Assembly: GCA_964358595.1 (NCBI GenBank) | Contig: CAYHQJ010000001.1 | Location: 2,955-57,303, forward strand | Reading direction: 5' to 3' | Length of the DNA stretch: 54,349 bases | Origin: an uncultured Gemmatimonadales bacterium | Lineage (GTDB): Bacteria > Gemmatimonadota > Gemmatimonadetes > Gemmatimonadales > JACORV01 | In this document: positions 17,866 through 27,794 of the stretch, one piece after another | Layout: each line of letters begins with the position of its first letter | Numbering within the stretch: position 1 is the stretch's first letter | Program-made: the position numbers and the translations under genes | Notes under the pieces: generated by a model | Told to the model about the DNA's origin: nothing | Seen by the model: the letters and a program-made list of their open reading frames with translations, nothing else | The model's database searches: none

Positions 17866-18318
17866 ATGCTGCTTCGCGAATTCTTCGCCGAGGACGCCAT
17901 CGCTCTGGACCTCACGTCCCAGACGAAGGACGACCTCCTGAAGGAGCTGATCTCGCTCCTCAAGCTGGATGAGAAGTCGGAGGCGATGCTGTACAAGATG
18001 CTGAAGCGCCGCGAGAACCTCGGCTCGACCGGGATCGGGCGCGGCATCGCCATCCCCCACTGCCGCTCGCTGGTCGTGAACCGGCTGCGCGTCGCCTTCG
18101 GTCGCAGGACCGCGGGCGTCGACTACAAGGCGATCGACGACAAGCCGGTGCAGTTTTTCTTCCTGATCGTCGCGCCGCCGCTCGAGGTCTCGAACCAGTA
18201 CCTCCCGGTGCTCGGCAAGATCGCGCAGTTCGCCAAGGAGGAGGACGTGCCGAAGCGGCTGCTCGAGATCACCACGCCGCAGGAGTTCCTGAAGCTGATC
18301 GAAGCGAAGGGCGTCTAA
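17866..18318 (+). CDS. ptsN: PTS EIIA-type-2 protein (nitrogen-regulatory EIIA-Ntr-like)
   Basis: 150 aa. GSTGIGRGIAIPH is the phospho-His motif, and FFFLIVAP is typical of PtsN. Confidence 0.85.
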   Translation: MLLREFFAEDAIALDLTSQTKDDLLKELISLLKLDEKSEAMLYKMLKRRENLGSTGIGRGIAIPHCRSLVVNRLRVAFGRRTAGVDYKAIDDKPVQFFFLIVAPPLEVSNQYLPVLGKIAQFAKEEDVPKRLLEITTPQEFLKLIEAKGV

Positions 18319-18324
18319 GGCCGC

Positions 18325-19878
18325 TTACTCCCACTCGATCGTCGCCGGCGGCTTGCTGCTGACATCGTACACCACGCGGTTCACGCCCTTGACCTCGTTG
18401 GTGATCCGCGTGGCGATCCGGCCCAGCACCTCGTGCGGGAAGGGGTACCAGTCCGCCGTCATCCCGTCGAGGCTCGTCACCGCGCGCAGCGCGACGACGT
18501 TGGCGTAGGTGCGGTAGTCCCCCATCACCCCCACCGAGCGGATCGGCAGCAGCACCGCGAACGCCTGCCAGATCTGGTCGTACAGCCCCGCCTCGCGGAT
18601 CTCCTCGAGGTAGATCGCGTCCGCCTTCTGGAGCACCGCCGCGCGCTCCGCCGTCACCGGGCCCAGGATGCGCACGGCGAGGCCGGGGCCCGGGAACGGG
18701 TGCCGCCGCACGATCTCCTCGGGCAGACCCAGCTCGCGCCCCACCTGCCGCACCTCGTCCTTGAACAGCTCGCGCAGCGGCTCGATCAGCGCGAACGGAA
18801 GATCGGGCCTGAGCCCGCCGACGTTGTGGTGCGTCTTGATCGTGACCGACGGGCCGCCCCGCGGCGCCGCGCTCTCGATCACGTCGGGATACAGCGTGCC
18901 CTGCACCAGGAAGGCGACGTCGTCGCCCGCGTGCTTCGCGGCGTCCTCGAACACGTCGATGAAGGTGTGCCCGATGCGGCGCCGCTTCTCCTCCGGGTCG
19001 TCCACGTCCGCGAGCTTCTCGAGGAACAGCTCCGAAGCTTCCACCACCCGCAAGTCCGCGCCCAGCTCCGAGCGGAAGGTGCGCTCCACCTGCGCGCGCT
19101 CGCCCGCGCGCAGCAACCCGTGGTCCACGAAGATGCAGGTCAGCCGCTTGCCGATCGCGCGATAGACCAGCGCCGCGGCCACCGCCGAGTCCACGCCCCC
19201 CGAGAGCCCGCAGATCGCGCGCCGCTCACCGACCTTCTCACGGACCTCGTGGACCGCCGCCTCGATGAAGCGCCCCGGCGTCCAGGTCGGCTTCGCCCGG
19301 CAGATGCGGAACAGGAAGTTCTGGAGGATCTCCGCGCCCCGCGGCGTATGCGCCACCTCGGGATGGAACTGCACCCCGAACAGCGGCTTGGCCCGGTGCG
19401 CGAAGGCCGCGACCGGCGCGTTCGCGCTGCTCGCGAGCACCGTCCAGTCCCCGGGCGGCGCCTCGACCCGGTCCCCGTGCGACATCCAGACCTGCGTGCG
19501 GGTGCCGGGGCAGAACCCGGAGAACAGCGGGTCGTCGGCGACGACCTCGATCTCCGCGCGCCCGTACTCGCGCTCCCCCCCGGGCCGCACGTCGCCGCCC
19601 CCGATGTGCGCGAGCAGTTGCATGCCGTAGCAGATACCGAGGACCGGCACGCCGAGGTCGAGGAGGCCGGGGTCGGCGCTCGGCACGCCTTCGTCGTACA
19701 CCGAGTTGGGCCCGCCCGAGAGGATGACGCCGATCGGCCGGAAGTCACGGATCCACGCCACGTCGTGCGTCGGCGGGTGGATCTCGCAGTACACGTGCGC
19801 CTCGCGCACCCGCCGCGCGATCAACTGGGTGTACTGCGACCCGTAGTCGATGATGAGGACGCGCTGCGTCTCGCTCAC
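18325..19878 (-). CDS. guaA: GMP synthase (glutamine-hydrolysing)
   Basis: Motifs are [33 protein letters not shown] and a C-terminal TIEWE. I chose GTG 19878 because it forms a GTGA overlap with the lysA stop. The ORF-track start GTG 19911 would add a poly-Gly leader. Confidence 0.9.
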   Translation of the reverse strand: MSETQRVLIIDYGSQYTQLIARRVREAHVYCEIHPPTHDVAWIRDFRPIGVILSGGPNSVYDEGVPSADPGLLDLGVPVLGICYGMQLLAHIGGGDVRPGGEREYGRAEIEVVADDPLFSGFCPGTRTQVWMSHGDRVEAPPGDWTVLASSANAPVAAFAHRAKPLFGVQFHPEVAHTPRGAEILQNFLFRICRAKPTWTPGRFIEAAVHEVREKVGERRAICGLSGGVDSAVAAALVYRAIGKRLTCIFVDHGLLRAGERAQVERTFRSELGADLRVVEASELFLEKLADVDDPEEKRRRIGHTFIDVFEDAAKHAGDDVAFLVQGTLYPDVIESAAPRGGPSVTIKTHHNVGGLRPDLPFALIEPLRELFKDEVRQVGRELGLPEEIVRRHPFPGPGLAVRILGPVTAERAAVLQKADAIYLEEIREAGLYDQIWQAFAVLLPIRSVGVMGDYRTYANVVALRAVTSLDGMTADWYPFPHEVLGRIATRITNEVKGVNRVVYDVSSKPPATIEWE

Positions 19879-21149
19879 CGCGCCGCCCCCGCCGCCCCCG
19901 CCGTCAGCCACGCCGGCTCCCGCACTTCGCCCCGCATCAGATCCTCGGCCGTCTCCCGCTCCCGGATCACCGCGAACCGGTCGCCGTCCACCAGCACCTC
20001 GGGCGGCCGTGGCCGGGCGTTGTAGGTGGACGTCATCACGAAGCCGTACGCGCCCGCCCCGCGCAGCACCAGCAGGTCCCCCGGCGCCAACTCCGGCAGG
20101 TCACGGTCGAGCGCGAAGAAGTCGCCGCTCTCGCAGATCGGGCCCACCACGTCGTACGAGACGCGCGGCCGGCCCTCGCTCCCGTCCACCGCGATCTCGT
20201 GGTACGCCTGGTAGTGGCTCGGTCGGATCAGGTCGGTCATGCCCGCATCCACCACGGCGATCATCCTGCCGCCCGAGCGCTTGCGGTAGAGCAGGCGGGT
20301 CAGCAGCAGGCCGGCGTTGCCCACCAGGTAGCGCCCCGGCTCCAGCACGAGCCGCAGCTGCGACGCCGCCACGTGCGGCAGGATCGCGTCGGCGTACGCC
20401 TGGACGTCGAGCGGCTGGTCGGCCTCGCGGTACTTGATCCCCAGCCCGCCGCCGAGGTCCAGCATCGACAGCGTCGTCACGCCCCGGCCCCTGAGGCCCG
20501 CGACCAGCTCCAGCAGCTTGAGCACCGCCTCGACGAACGGCGCCGGGTCCCTGAGGCCGGAGCCGATGTGGATCGCGAGGCCGCGCAGTTTCAGCCCCGG
20601 CGTGCAGAAGGCGCGGTATGCCAGGTCCTCCGCCTCGTCGTAGGGCACGCCGAACTTCTTCCCCTTCGTCCCCGTCGTCGTGTACGGGTGGGTGTCCACC
20701 AGCACTTCCGGATTCACCCGGATCGCGATGGGCGCGACCGTGCGTGTCGTCCGCGCGAGCGCCGCGAGGACCCCCAGCTCCTCCTCCGATTCCACGTTGA
20801 TCGAGCCGACGCCCGCCGCGATCGCCTGCTCCATCTCCTGCTCCGTCTTCCCGACGCCGCTGAACACCACGTCCGCGCCGGTGAAGCCCGCGGCGAGCGC
20901 GCGCGCCAGCTCGCCGCCGGAGACGATGTCCACGCCGGCACCCAGCGCGCGCATCAGTCCGAGGATCGCGAGGTTGCCGTTGGCCTTGATGGAATAGCAG
21001 ATGCGGTGGGGAACCGGCGCGAGCACCGCCGAAAGGCGCCCGTACTGCTCGCGGATGTGGCCGGCGCTGTAGACGTACACGGGCGTGCCCACCGCGTCGG
21101 CGATCCGGCGCAGCGGCACGCCCTCGACGCTCAGTACGCCTTCGCCCAC
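19875..21149 (-). CDS. lysA: Diaminopimelate decarboxylase
   Basis: Motifs are [27 protein letters not shown] and GPICESGD. The start is uncertain, with in-frame GTGs at 21149 and 21179 and an ATG at 21275, all overlapping the proS 3' end. 21149 gives a typical length of about 424 aa. Confidence 0.85.
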   Translation of the reverse strand: MGEGVLSVEGVPLRRIADAVGTPVYVYSAGHIREQYGRLSAVLAPVPHRICYSIKANGNLAILGLMRALGAGVDIVSGGELARALAAGFTGADVVFSGVGKTEQEMEQAIAAGVGSINVESEEELGVLAALARTTRTVAPIAIRVNPEVLVDTHPYTTTGTKGKKFGVPYDEAEDLAYRAFCTPGLKLRGLAIHIGSGLRDPAPFVEAVLKLLELVAGLRGRGVTTLSMLDLGGGLGIKYREADQPLDVQAYADAILPHVAASQLRLVLEPGRYLVGNAGLLLTRLLYRKRSGGRMIAVVDAGMTDLIRPSHYQAYHEIAVDGSEGRPRVSYDVVGPICESGDFFALDRDLPELAPGDLLVLRGAGAYGFVMTSTYNARPRPPEVLVDGDRFAVIRERETAEDLMRGEVREPAWLTAGAAGAAR

Positions 21150-22582
21150 ACCGCCTCGGTCACGGATGGTCCGCCGCACCAGACGCAGCGCGCCGGTGTG
21201 ACGGGGCTCCTGAACTCCTCGTCGGGCAGCACGCGCACGGTCGCCTTCGTCGCCTCCTTGATCTGCTGCTCGCACAGGGCGCTCCCGCAGAAGCCGCCGT
21301 ACGCGAACCCGCCGCCCCCTTCGCCCTGCATCAACTCGATCAGCTCGTCCTTGGTGACGCCGCGCCGCGTGTGCTGCTCCTGCCGCGTCCGCGCCGCCTC
21401 GAACAGCGCGCGCTGGATCACCTCGAGCTGCTGCTGCACCTCGCCGACCAGCCCGCGGAGCGGGAGCGGCACTTTCCCGCCGGTGCGCTGGGCCGCCGTG
21501 ACCTGCCCCTGCCCTACGTCGCGCGGCCCGACCTCGAGCCGGAGCGGCACGCCGCGCCCCTCGTGCTCGTAATACTTGGCGCCGGGCTTCATCCCCTCAC
21601 GCGCGTCCAGCTCCACCCGGATGAGCGCCGCACGGAGCGCCTCTGCGGACTTCGTCCCGACCTCCATGACCGCCGCCCGCTCGGTATCCGTCTTGTAGAT
21701 CGGCACGATCACGACCTGCACCGGCGCGAGCTTCGGCGGGCAGACGATCCCGACGTCGTCACCGTGCGTCATCACGAGGCCGCCGACGAGCCGCGTCGAG
21801 ACACCCCACGACGTGTTCCATACATAGTCGAGCCCGCCCTCGGCCGTCTGGTACTGCACGCCGAACGCCTTCGCGAAGTTCTGGCCGAGGTTGTGCGAGG
21901 TGCCGGCCTGGAGGCCGCGGTTGTCCTGCATCAGCCCCTCGATCGCGTAGGTGCGCAGCGCGCCCGCGAACTTCTCAGCCGCGGTCTTGATGCCGGTGAT
22001 CACGGGCATCGCCATCCAGTCCTCGGCGAAGCGCCGGTACACGGCGAGCATCTGGCGCGTTTCCCGCTCGGCGTCCGCTTCGTCAACGTGCGCCGTGTGG
22101 CCTTCCTGCCACAGGAATTCCGTGGTGCGCAGGAACAGCCGCGTGCGCATCTCCCAGCGCACGACGTTGCACCACTGGTTGATCAGCAGCGGCAGGTCGC
22201 GGTACGACTGGATCCACTTCGCGAACATCGCGTAGATGATGGTCTCGCTCGTGGGACGCACGACGAGCGGCTCCTCGAGCACCTTGCCGCCCCCGATCGT
22301 CACGACCGCCGTCTGGGGGGCGAACCCCGCGACGTGCTCGGCCTCCTTCTCCAGGAACGACTGGGGGATGAACAGCGGGAAGTAGGCGTTCTTGTGCCCC
22401 GTCGCCTTGAACATGTCGTCCAGGGCGCGCTGCATCAGCTCCCAGATCGCGTAGCCGTTGGGCCGGATCACCATGCAGCCGCGCACCGGCGAGTAGTCCG
22501 CCAGCTCGGCGCGCATGATCGCCTCGTTGTACCAGGCGTTGAAGTCCTGCGCCCGCGGCGTAATCCCGGCGCCCTGGCTCAC
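21131..22582 (-). CDS. proS: Proline--tRNA ligase (class II, archaeal/eukaryote-like short form)
   Basis: 483 aa with FNAWYNEAIMRAELADYSPVRGCMVIRP, class II motifs and a C-terminal zinc-type CxxC...WAKAY. GTG start 22582 overlaps the stop of the upstream lipoprotein gene (GTGA). Confidence 0.92.
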   Translation of the reverse strand: MSQGAGITPRAQDFNAWYNEAIMRAELADYSPVRGCMVIRPNGYAIWELMQRALDDMFKATGHKNAYFPLFIPQSFLEKEAEHVAGFAPQTAVVTIGGGKVLEEPLVVRPTSETIIYAMFAKWIQSYRDLPLLINQWCNVVRWEMRTRLFLRTTEFLWQEGHTAHVDEADAERETRQMLAVYRRFAEDWMAMPVITGIKTAAEKFAGALRTYAIEGLMQDNRGLQAGTSHNLGQNFAKAFGVQYQTAEGGLDYVWNTSWGVSTRLVGGLVMTHGDDVGIVCPPKLAPVQVVIVPIYKTDTERAAVMEVGTKSAEALRAALIRVELDAREGMKPGAKYYEHEGRGVPLRLEVGPRDVGQGQVTAAQRTGGKVPLPLRGLVGEVQQQLEVIQRALFEAARTRQEQHTRRGVTKDELIELMQGEGGGGFAYGGFCGSALCEQQIKEATKATVRVLPDEEFRSPVTPARCVWCGGPSVTEAVWAKAY

Positions 22583-23091
22583 GGCGTCACCCGGGCGGGA
22601 GCCTCAGGCACGTCCCGCAACCACACGATGTTCACCCGGTGGCCGGCACGCGCAGTGGAGACGCTCGCCGAGTCCCACCCCGGCAGCGGCACCCACTCGA
22701 GGTAGCCCATCGGCGTGAGCGTGGCCCCCTGCGCGCTGCTGTCCGTCATGGTCGGCGGGAAGTAGCCGATCACCCGCACCGCGGCGAGCGTCGTGTCCCG
22801 GTGCCGCGCGCTGTCGGCGATCGCCTGCATCGCCATCCGCGCCGCGGCCCGTCCCTGGTCCACGCCGATGATCGCGTGCACGATCAGCCGCGCCACGCCG
22901 GCCGCGACCGTCTGCCGCTCGCGGTCGAACACCTGACGCGACGACGGCGGCGCGCTGTCGGGCCACGCCCGGAAGCTGAATTCCGCTCCGCCCTGCGAGG
23001 CGTTCGGCTGCCCCGGGGGCGAACCGCGCTCGACGCTGCACGCCCCGAGCGCCACCATGGCGATCGCCAGCCACTCAGTCCTGGAACGCAT
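22579..23091 (-). CDS. Hypothetical lipoprotein (170 aa) embedded between hisS and proS
   Basis: The signal peptide has a lipobox-like ...AMVALGAC. I recognise no family. The gene is tightly coupled on both sides, with a 17-nt overlap with the hisS end and a GTGA overlap with the proS start. Confidence 0.65.
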   Translation of the reverse strand: MRSRTEWLAIAMVALGACSVERGSPPGQPNASQGGAEFSFRAWPDSAPPSSRQVFDRERQTVAAGVARLIVHAIIGVDQGRAAARMAMQAIADSARHRDTTLAAVRVIGYFPPTMTDSSAQGATLTPMGYLEWVPLPGWDSASVSTARAGHRVNIVWLRDVPEAPARVTP

Positions 23092-24349
23092 AGTCCCTTC
23101 GCAGATGCTCCAGCGTGACCCGCGTTTCCGCGCCCGTGCCGAGAACGCGAACGACCGCTTCGCCGGCCCCGCGCTCCGCCGGCCCCACCACGATCGCGTG
23201 GCGCGCCCCGCGCGCCGCCGCCAGCTCCAGCTGCTTGCCGACCGCCTGCTTCTTCAGAGCGAACTCGACGCGCAGGCCGCGGTCCCGCAACGCGTGGGCG
23301 AGTCCCAACACGGCGTCGCGATCGTCCTCCGTCACCATCACCACGAAAACGTCCGCCGACGGCAGCGCCGGCGGCGCACCCTCGCGCTCGGCGATCAGCT
23401 CGCCAAGCACCACATCGCCCATCCCGAAGCCGACGCACGGCAGGTTCACCCCGCCCAGCTGCTGGAGCAAGTCGTCGTAGCGCCCGCCGCCACAGATCGC
23501 CCGCAGCGAGCGCTGCGCGTCGAACAGCTCGAAGACGATCCCGGTGTAGTACGCCAGACCGCGCACGACCCGGAAATCCACGTCCACGAACTCGCCGAGC
23601 CCCATCGCCCCGAGGTGCGCCACGCACCCCCGGAGCGCTCCCGCCGCGGGCAGCTCCAGCAGCGGCGCCGGATCGCCGAGCGCCGCGGCGAACTGCCGGA
23701 CGCGGTGCGCCCGCGCCGCGTCCTCCACGAAGATCTCGCCGAGCGCTTCCTCGGCCGCCTCCTTCGACTTCTCGTAGCGGTCGAACGCGGTCAGCACTCT
23801 CGGGACCTCGGCCTCGAGCACGCCCAGCCCCTCGGTCAGAGCCGCGGCCAGCACCCGCCGGTCCGAGAGCCGCACCCGCACGTCCGACGGCCCGAAGCCC
23901 AGAGCGCGCACGACGTCGATTGCCGCGGCGATCACCTCGGCGTCGGCGAGCGGTCCGGCCTCGCCGATGATGTCCATGTTGAGCTGGAAATGCTCCCGCA
24001 GCCGGCCCCGCTGCTGCCGCTCGTAGCGGAACAGCTGCGGGATGCTGAACCAGCGGATCGGCTTCTTGAGCTGCTGGGCGCGCGCGGCCACCATGCGCGC
24101 CAGGGTCGGCGTCATCTCGGGCCGCAGCGCCACCTGGCGGCCGCCCTTGTCCAGGAACGCGTAGAGCTGCTCGACAATCTCCTCGCCGCTCTTCTGCGTG
24201 TACAGCTCGAGCGGCTCCAGCGGCGGCCCGTCGTACTCCTCGAACCCGTAGCGCGCGGCGACCTCGCGCCACACCCCGAGAATGCGACGTCGCCTCGCGA
24301 GGGCGTCGGGATAAGCATCGCGAAACCCTGGCAGGGCGACGAAGCGCAT
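23075..24349 (-). CDS. hisS: Histidine--tRNA ligase
   Basis: Motifs are GFRDAYP, LRPEMT, RYERPQ-like FRYERQQRGRLREHFQ and GGGRYD. Confidence 0.93.
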   Translation of the reverse strand: MRFVALPGFRDAYPDALARRRRILGVWREVAARYGFEEYDGPPLEPLELYTQKSGEEIVEQLYAFLDKGGRQVALRPEMTPTLARMVAARAQQLKKPIRWFSIPQLFRYERQQRGRLREHFQLNMDIIGEAGPLADAEVIAAAIDVVRALGFGPSDVRVRLSDRRVLAAALTEGLGVLEAEVPRVLTAFDRYEKSKEAAEEALGEIFVEDAARAHRVRQFAAALGDPAPLLELPAAGALRGCVAHLGAMGLGEFVDVDFRVVRGLAYYTGIVFELFDAQRSLRAICGGGRYDDLLQQLGGVNLPCVGFGMGDVVLGELIAEREGAPPALPSADVFVVMVTEDDRDAVLGLAHALRDRGLRVEFALKKQAVGKQLELAAARGARHAIVVGPAERGAGEAVVRVLGTGAETRVTLEHLRRDYAFQD

Positions 24350-24358
24350 CTAGATAAT

Positions 24359-25576
24359 CTAGCCGAGCGGCGCGAGGCCGGGCAAGCACGCCATCGCGTC
24401 GCCGACGGTGTGGAACGAGCCCGTGACGAGCACCGTGCGCGCCGTCGCGGACGCCACATGGAGCGCGTTCCCGAAATCCCCCTCGACGCGGGCGGGAATG
24501 CCCTGCCCGCGCGCCCACTCCGCCGCCACCTCGAGCGACCACGCGCGCCCCTCCGGCGCGCTCGGTGCGCGCGTCAGCACCAGCAGGTCCACCGCCGAGG
24601 CCAGGAGCGTCAGCATCTCCCGCCACGCCTTGTCCCGCAGGATCGAGACGACCGCGAACACCGGCCGCGGAAGCGGGGATCCTGCCAGCGCCGCCACCAG
24701 CGCCCGCATCCCGTCCGGGTTGTGCGCTACGTCGAACAGCCACCGCCCGCGCCGATCGAAGCGCCCCGGCAGCCGCGCCACCTTCAGCCCGAGCGCAATC
24801 GCTCCCTCGTCCGGCCGGAACCGCCCCGGGAGCTGCTGCGCCAAGGCGACCGCGAGCGCGGCGTTGGCCCGCTGGTGCGGGCCTACCAGCCCGAGCTCGA
24901 GGCCGGCGGCGCCCGCGGGATCCACCCGCATGAACTCCGCCCCGAGCCCCCGCGCCGCGGCTCCGAGCACCGCGGCCAGCGCGTCGTTCGGCTCCGTGGT
25001 GAGGAACGGCACCCCGGGTTTGGCGATCCCGGCCTTCTCCCGGGCGAACCCCTCGAGCGAATCGCCGAGGTAATCGGTGTGCTCGAGCGCGATCCGCGTC
25101 ACACCGCAGGCGAGCGGCGCGATCACGTTGGTCGCGTCGAGCCTCCCGCCGAGCCCGACCTCAATCACCGCGACGTCCACGCCCCGCGCCGCGAAGTCGG
25201 CGAACGCCACGGCCGTCGTGATCTCGAAGAACGAGGCCTGACGCGCCAGGGCGACCTCCTCGAGCCGCGCCACCCACGCCGCGACCGCCGCCTCGGCAAC
25301 CGCCACGCAATCCACCTGGATCCGCTCGCAGAACGACACCAGGTGCGGCGACGTGTAGAGCCCCACGCGCAGCCCCGCCGCGCGCAGGATCGCCGCGAGC
25401 ATGGCGGCGGTGCTCCCCTTCCCGTTGGTGCCCCCTACGTGCACCGTAGCGTAGTGCCGCTCCGGATGGCCGAGCACGTCGAGCAGCGCCCCGGTCGTCT
25501 CGAGGCCCCACTTGATACCGCCGGCAGTTCTTGGGAAGAGGAAGCGACAGGCGTCGGCGAAGCTGCGGACCGTCAG
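24359..25576 (-). CDS. folC: Bifunctional folylpolyglutamate synthase / dihydrofolate synthase
   Basis: The GGTNGKGS P-loop is present. The first canonical start is GTG 25477, but the in-frame upstream translation (SFADACRFLFPRTAGGIKWGLETTGALLD) is clearly the conserved FolC N-terminus. The only plausible initiator is CTG 25576, which overlaps the accD TGA (CTGA). The minimal canonical model is 24359-25477. Confidence 0.8.
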   Translation of the reverse strand: MTVRSFADACRFLFPRTAGGIKWGLETTGALLDVLGHPERHYATVHVGGTNGKGSTAAMLAAILRAAGLRVGLYTSPHLVSFCERIQVDCVAVAEAAVAAWVARLEEVALARQASFFEITTAVAFADFAARGVDVAVIEVGLGGRLDATNVIAPLACGVTRIALEHTDYLGDSLEGFAREKAGIAKPGVPFLTTEPNDALAAVLGAAARGLGAEFMRVDPAGAAGLELGLVGPHQRANAALAVALAQQLPGRFRPDEGAIALGLKVARLPGRFDRRGRWLFDVAHNPDGMRALVAALAGSPLPRPVFAVVSILRDKAWREMLTLLASAVDLLVLTRAPSAPEGRAWSLEVAAEWARGQGIPARVEGDFGNALHVASATARTVLVTGSFHTVGDAMACLPGLAPLG

Positions 25577-26436
25577 GAGGCGAGCACTCCGTCCGTCTCG
25601 GGTTGGTTGAGGAGCAGCCGCACCAGCCGGCTGGTCGTCGAGCGTAGATGGCTGCGCGGCACGACGGCGTCAATCATCCCGTGCTCGAGCAGGAACTCGG
25701 CGGTCTGGAACCCCTCGGGGAGGTCCTGGCCGATCGTCTGCTTGATCACGCGCGGCCCCGCGAACCCGACCACCGCGCCCGGCTCGGCGATGATCACGTC
25801 CCCCTGCATAGCGTACGAGGCAGAGACGCCGCCGGTCGTCGGGTTCGTCACGATCGAGACGAACGGGATCCCGTGCTCCTTGAGCTGCGCGATCACCACG
25901 CTGGTCTTGGCCAGCTGCATGAGGGAGAGCACACCCTCCTGCATCCGCGCGCCGCCCGACGCCGACACGATGACCAGGGACTCCTTCTGCGCCAGCGACC
26001 GCATCGCCATCCGGGCGATCTTCTCACCCACCACCGACCCCATCGAGCCACCCATGAACTTGAAGTCCATCACCCCGAGCTGGATCGGGACCCCGTCCAG
26101 CGTCGCCGAGCCGGTGTGGATGGCGTCGTTCGTCCCCGCCTTCTTGAAGGAGGCGGCCAAGCGGTCCCTGTACGAGTCGAACGCGAGGACGTCTACGGAG
26201 CGCAGGTTGGTGTCGGCCGGCTTGAAGCTGTCGTCGTCGGACAGCAGGGAGATGTAGACGGCCGCCCCGACGCGCTTGTGGTTGCCGCAGCCCGGGCAGA
26301 CCTCGAATGCCCGCGCGAAGTTCTCCCGCACGTCCACATGACCGCACTCCTCGCACTTCTCCCATACGTCGGCCGGGATTTCCAGCCGCTCGCGTTGGGA
26401 CGTCCGAGGACGCCGATCCTTTCGGAACCAGGCCAT
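25573..26436 (-). CDS. accD: Acetyl-CoA carboxylase carboxyltransferase beta subunit
   Basis: The start is taken at MAWFRKDRR (ATG 26436). The zinc ribbon is CEECGHVDV...CPGCGNH. Other motifs are FMGGSMG and SGGARMQEG. Confidence 0.9.
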   Translation of the reverse strand: MAWFRKDRRPRTSQRERLEIPADVWEKCEECGHVDVRENFARAFEVCPGCGNHKRVGAAVYISLLSDDDSFKPADTNLRSVDVLAFDSYRDRLAASFKKAGTNDAIHTGSATLDGVPIQLGVMDFKFMGGSMGSVVGEKIARMAMRSLAQKESLVIVSASGGARMQEGVLSLMQLAKTSVVIAQLKEHGIPFVSIVTNPTTGGVSASYAMQGDVIIAEPGAVVGFAGPRVIKQTIGQDLPEGFQTAEFLLEHGMIDAVVPRSHLRSTTSRLVRLLLNQPETDGVLAS

Positions 26437-26549
26437 GTGGGTCAAGTCGTTGGGATTGGTGTGTCGGGCCCTGGCAGGGGCCACCCATAGGGACCCGCTA
26501 ATCTGGGCAGCGCCCCGGACCCGCGCCAGTAGCAGCTTCTAAGTCGTTG

Positions 26550-27794
26550 TCACAATTCACGATAGCCAAGCTCTTTCCCCTCTTGTGCGAGCCGGAGGCA
26601 GAGTCCGACCATCACCCAGCAGGTGAGCAGGAACGACCCCCCGTACGAGAAGAACGGCAGCGGGATGCCGGTGATGGGCATCACATTGGCCGTCATCCCC
26701 ACGTTCTCGAAGATGTGGGTGAAGAACACCCCCACGACGCCGAAGGCGACCAGGCTGCCGAACGGATCGGGGGCGCGCCGGGCGATCCGGATCAGCGTGC
26801 CGAGCAGGAGGAAGAAGAGCGCCAGGGCCACCACGACGCCGATGAAGCCGAGCTCCTCGCCCACCACCGAAAAGATGAAGTCGGTATGCTGGGCCGGCAG
26901 GAACGCCAGGCGCTTCTGCGACCCCATGGTGAAACCCTTCCCGAGCCACCCGCCGCTGCCGATCGCGATCTTCGACTGAATGATGTGCCAGCCCGTGGCA
27001 CGTGGGTCCAGCTCGGGGTTCAGAAACGAAACGAGGCGGTGCTGCTGGTAGGTCGCAAGCCGTTGCCAGAGGGGGAGGGCGACGATCCCCATGGCGAGGT
27101 TGGCGCCCAGGACCGCCAGCCCCTCCCAAACGTACGGCCGCCACAGGACGAGCAGGACGCACAGGATCAGGATCCACCCGCCCCACGACCACGCCGAGAA
27201 CGCGAGCACCAGGGACAGGATCGGCGAGGCGAGCAGGACGAGGAGCGGGATCCGCACGCCGGCCCAGAACAGCATCGCGAACAGGATCCCGGCGAACACG
27301 ACGGCGCTGCCGAGGTCCGGCTGGAGCATCACCAGCGCGGCCGGCGCGGCGGCGATGAGGCACGGGGGGATGAGCTCCCGCATGGTCGCCGCCGGCGCGC
27401 GCTGGCCGGCGAGGTAGCGGGCGAGCATGAGCACCGTCGTCAGCTTGGCGAACTCGGCGGGCTGGCCCAGGCGCACGCCCGCGATCGTGATCCACGACCG
27501 CGACGAGACGGCGGTCCCGCCTCCCGTCCCGATGAACAGCGTGATCACCAGGATCGACAGGCCGGCACCGTAAAGGGCAGGCGCGAACCACTCGAGGACC
27601 CGCGGCGAGAAGCGCATCGCCAGCGCCGCGCCCACGACCCCGATGCCGAACCAGACGAGCTGCCGCTGCCAGACGTGCGCGACCGACGTCGGCACGTCGG
27701 TCTGGCCCGCCGAGTAGAGGATCAGCACCCCGTAGGCGGCCAGCGCGAGGGTGACGAGCAGCAGCGGCCGGTCGAGCTTGGCGAAAGCTCTCAC
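26550..27794 (-). CDS. rodA: Peptidoglycan glycosyltransferase RodA (FtsW/RodA/SpoVE family)
   Basis: In-frame GTG 27794 overlaps the mrdA stop (GTGA). The protein is polytopic, with AEFAKL, QPDLGS, HTDFIFS and PLPFFSYGGS motifs. Confidence 0.9.
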   Translation of the reverse strand: MRAFAKLDRPLLLVTLALAAYGVLILYSAGQTDVPTSVAHVWQRQLVWFGIGVVGAALAMRFSPRVLEWFAPALYGAGLSILVITLFIGTGGGTAVSSRSWITIAGVRLGQPAEFAKLTTVLMLARYLAGQRAPAATMRELIPPCLIAAAPAALVMLQPDLGSAVVFAGILFAMLFWAGVRIPLLVLLASPILSLVLAFSAWSWGGWILILCVLLVLWRPYVWEGLAVLGANLAMGIVALPLWQRLATYQQHRLVSFLNPELDPRATGWHIIQSKIAIGSGGWLGKGFTMGSQKRLAFLPAQHTDFIFSVVGEELGFIGVVVALALFFLLLGTLIRIARRAPDPFGSLVAFGVVGVFFTHIFENVGMTANVMPITGIPLPFFSYGGSFLLTCWVMVGLCLRLAQEGKELGYREL

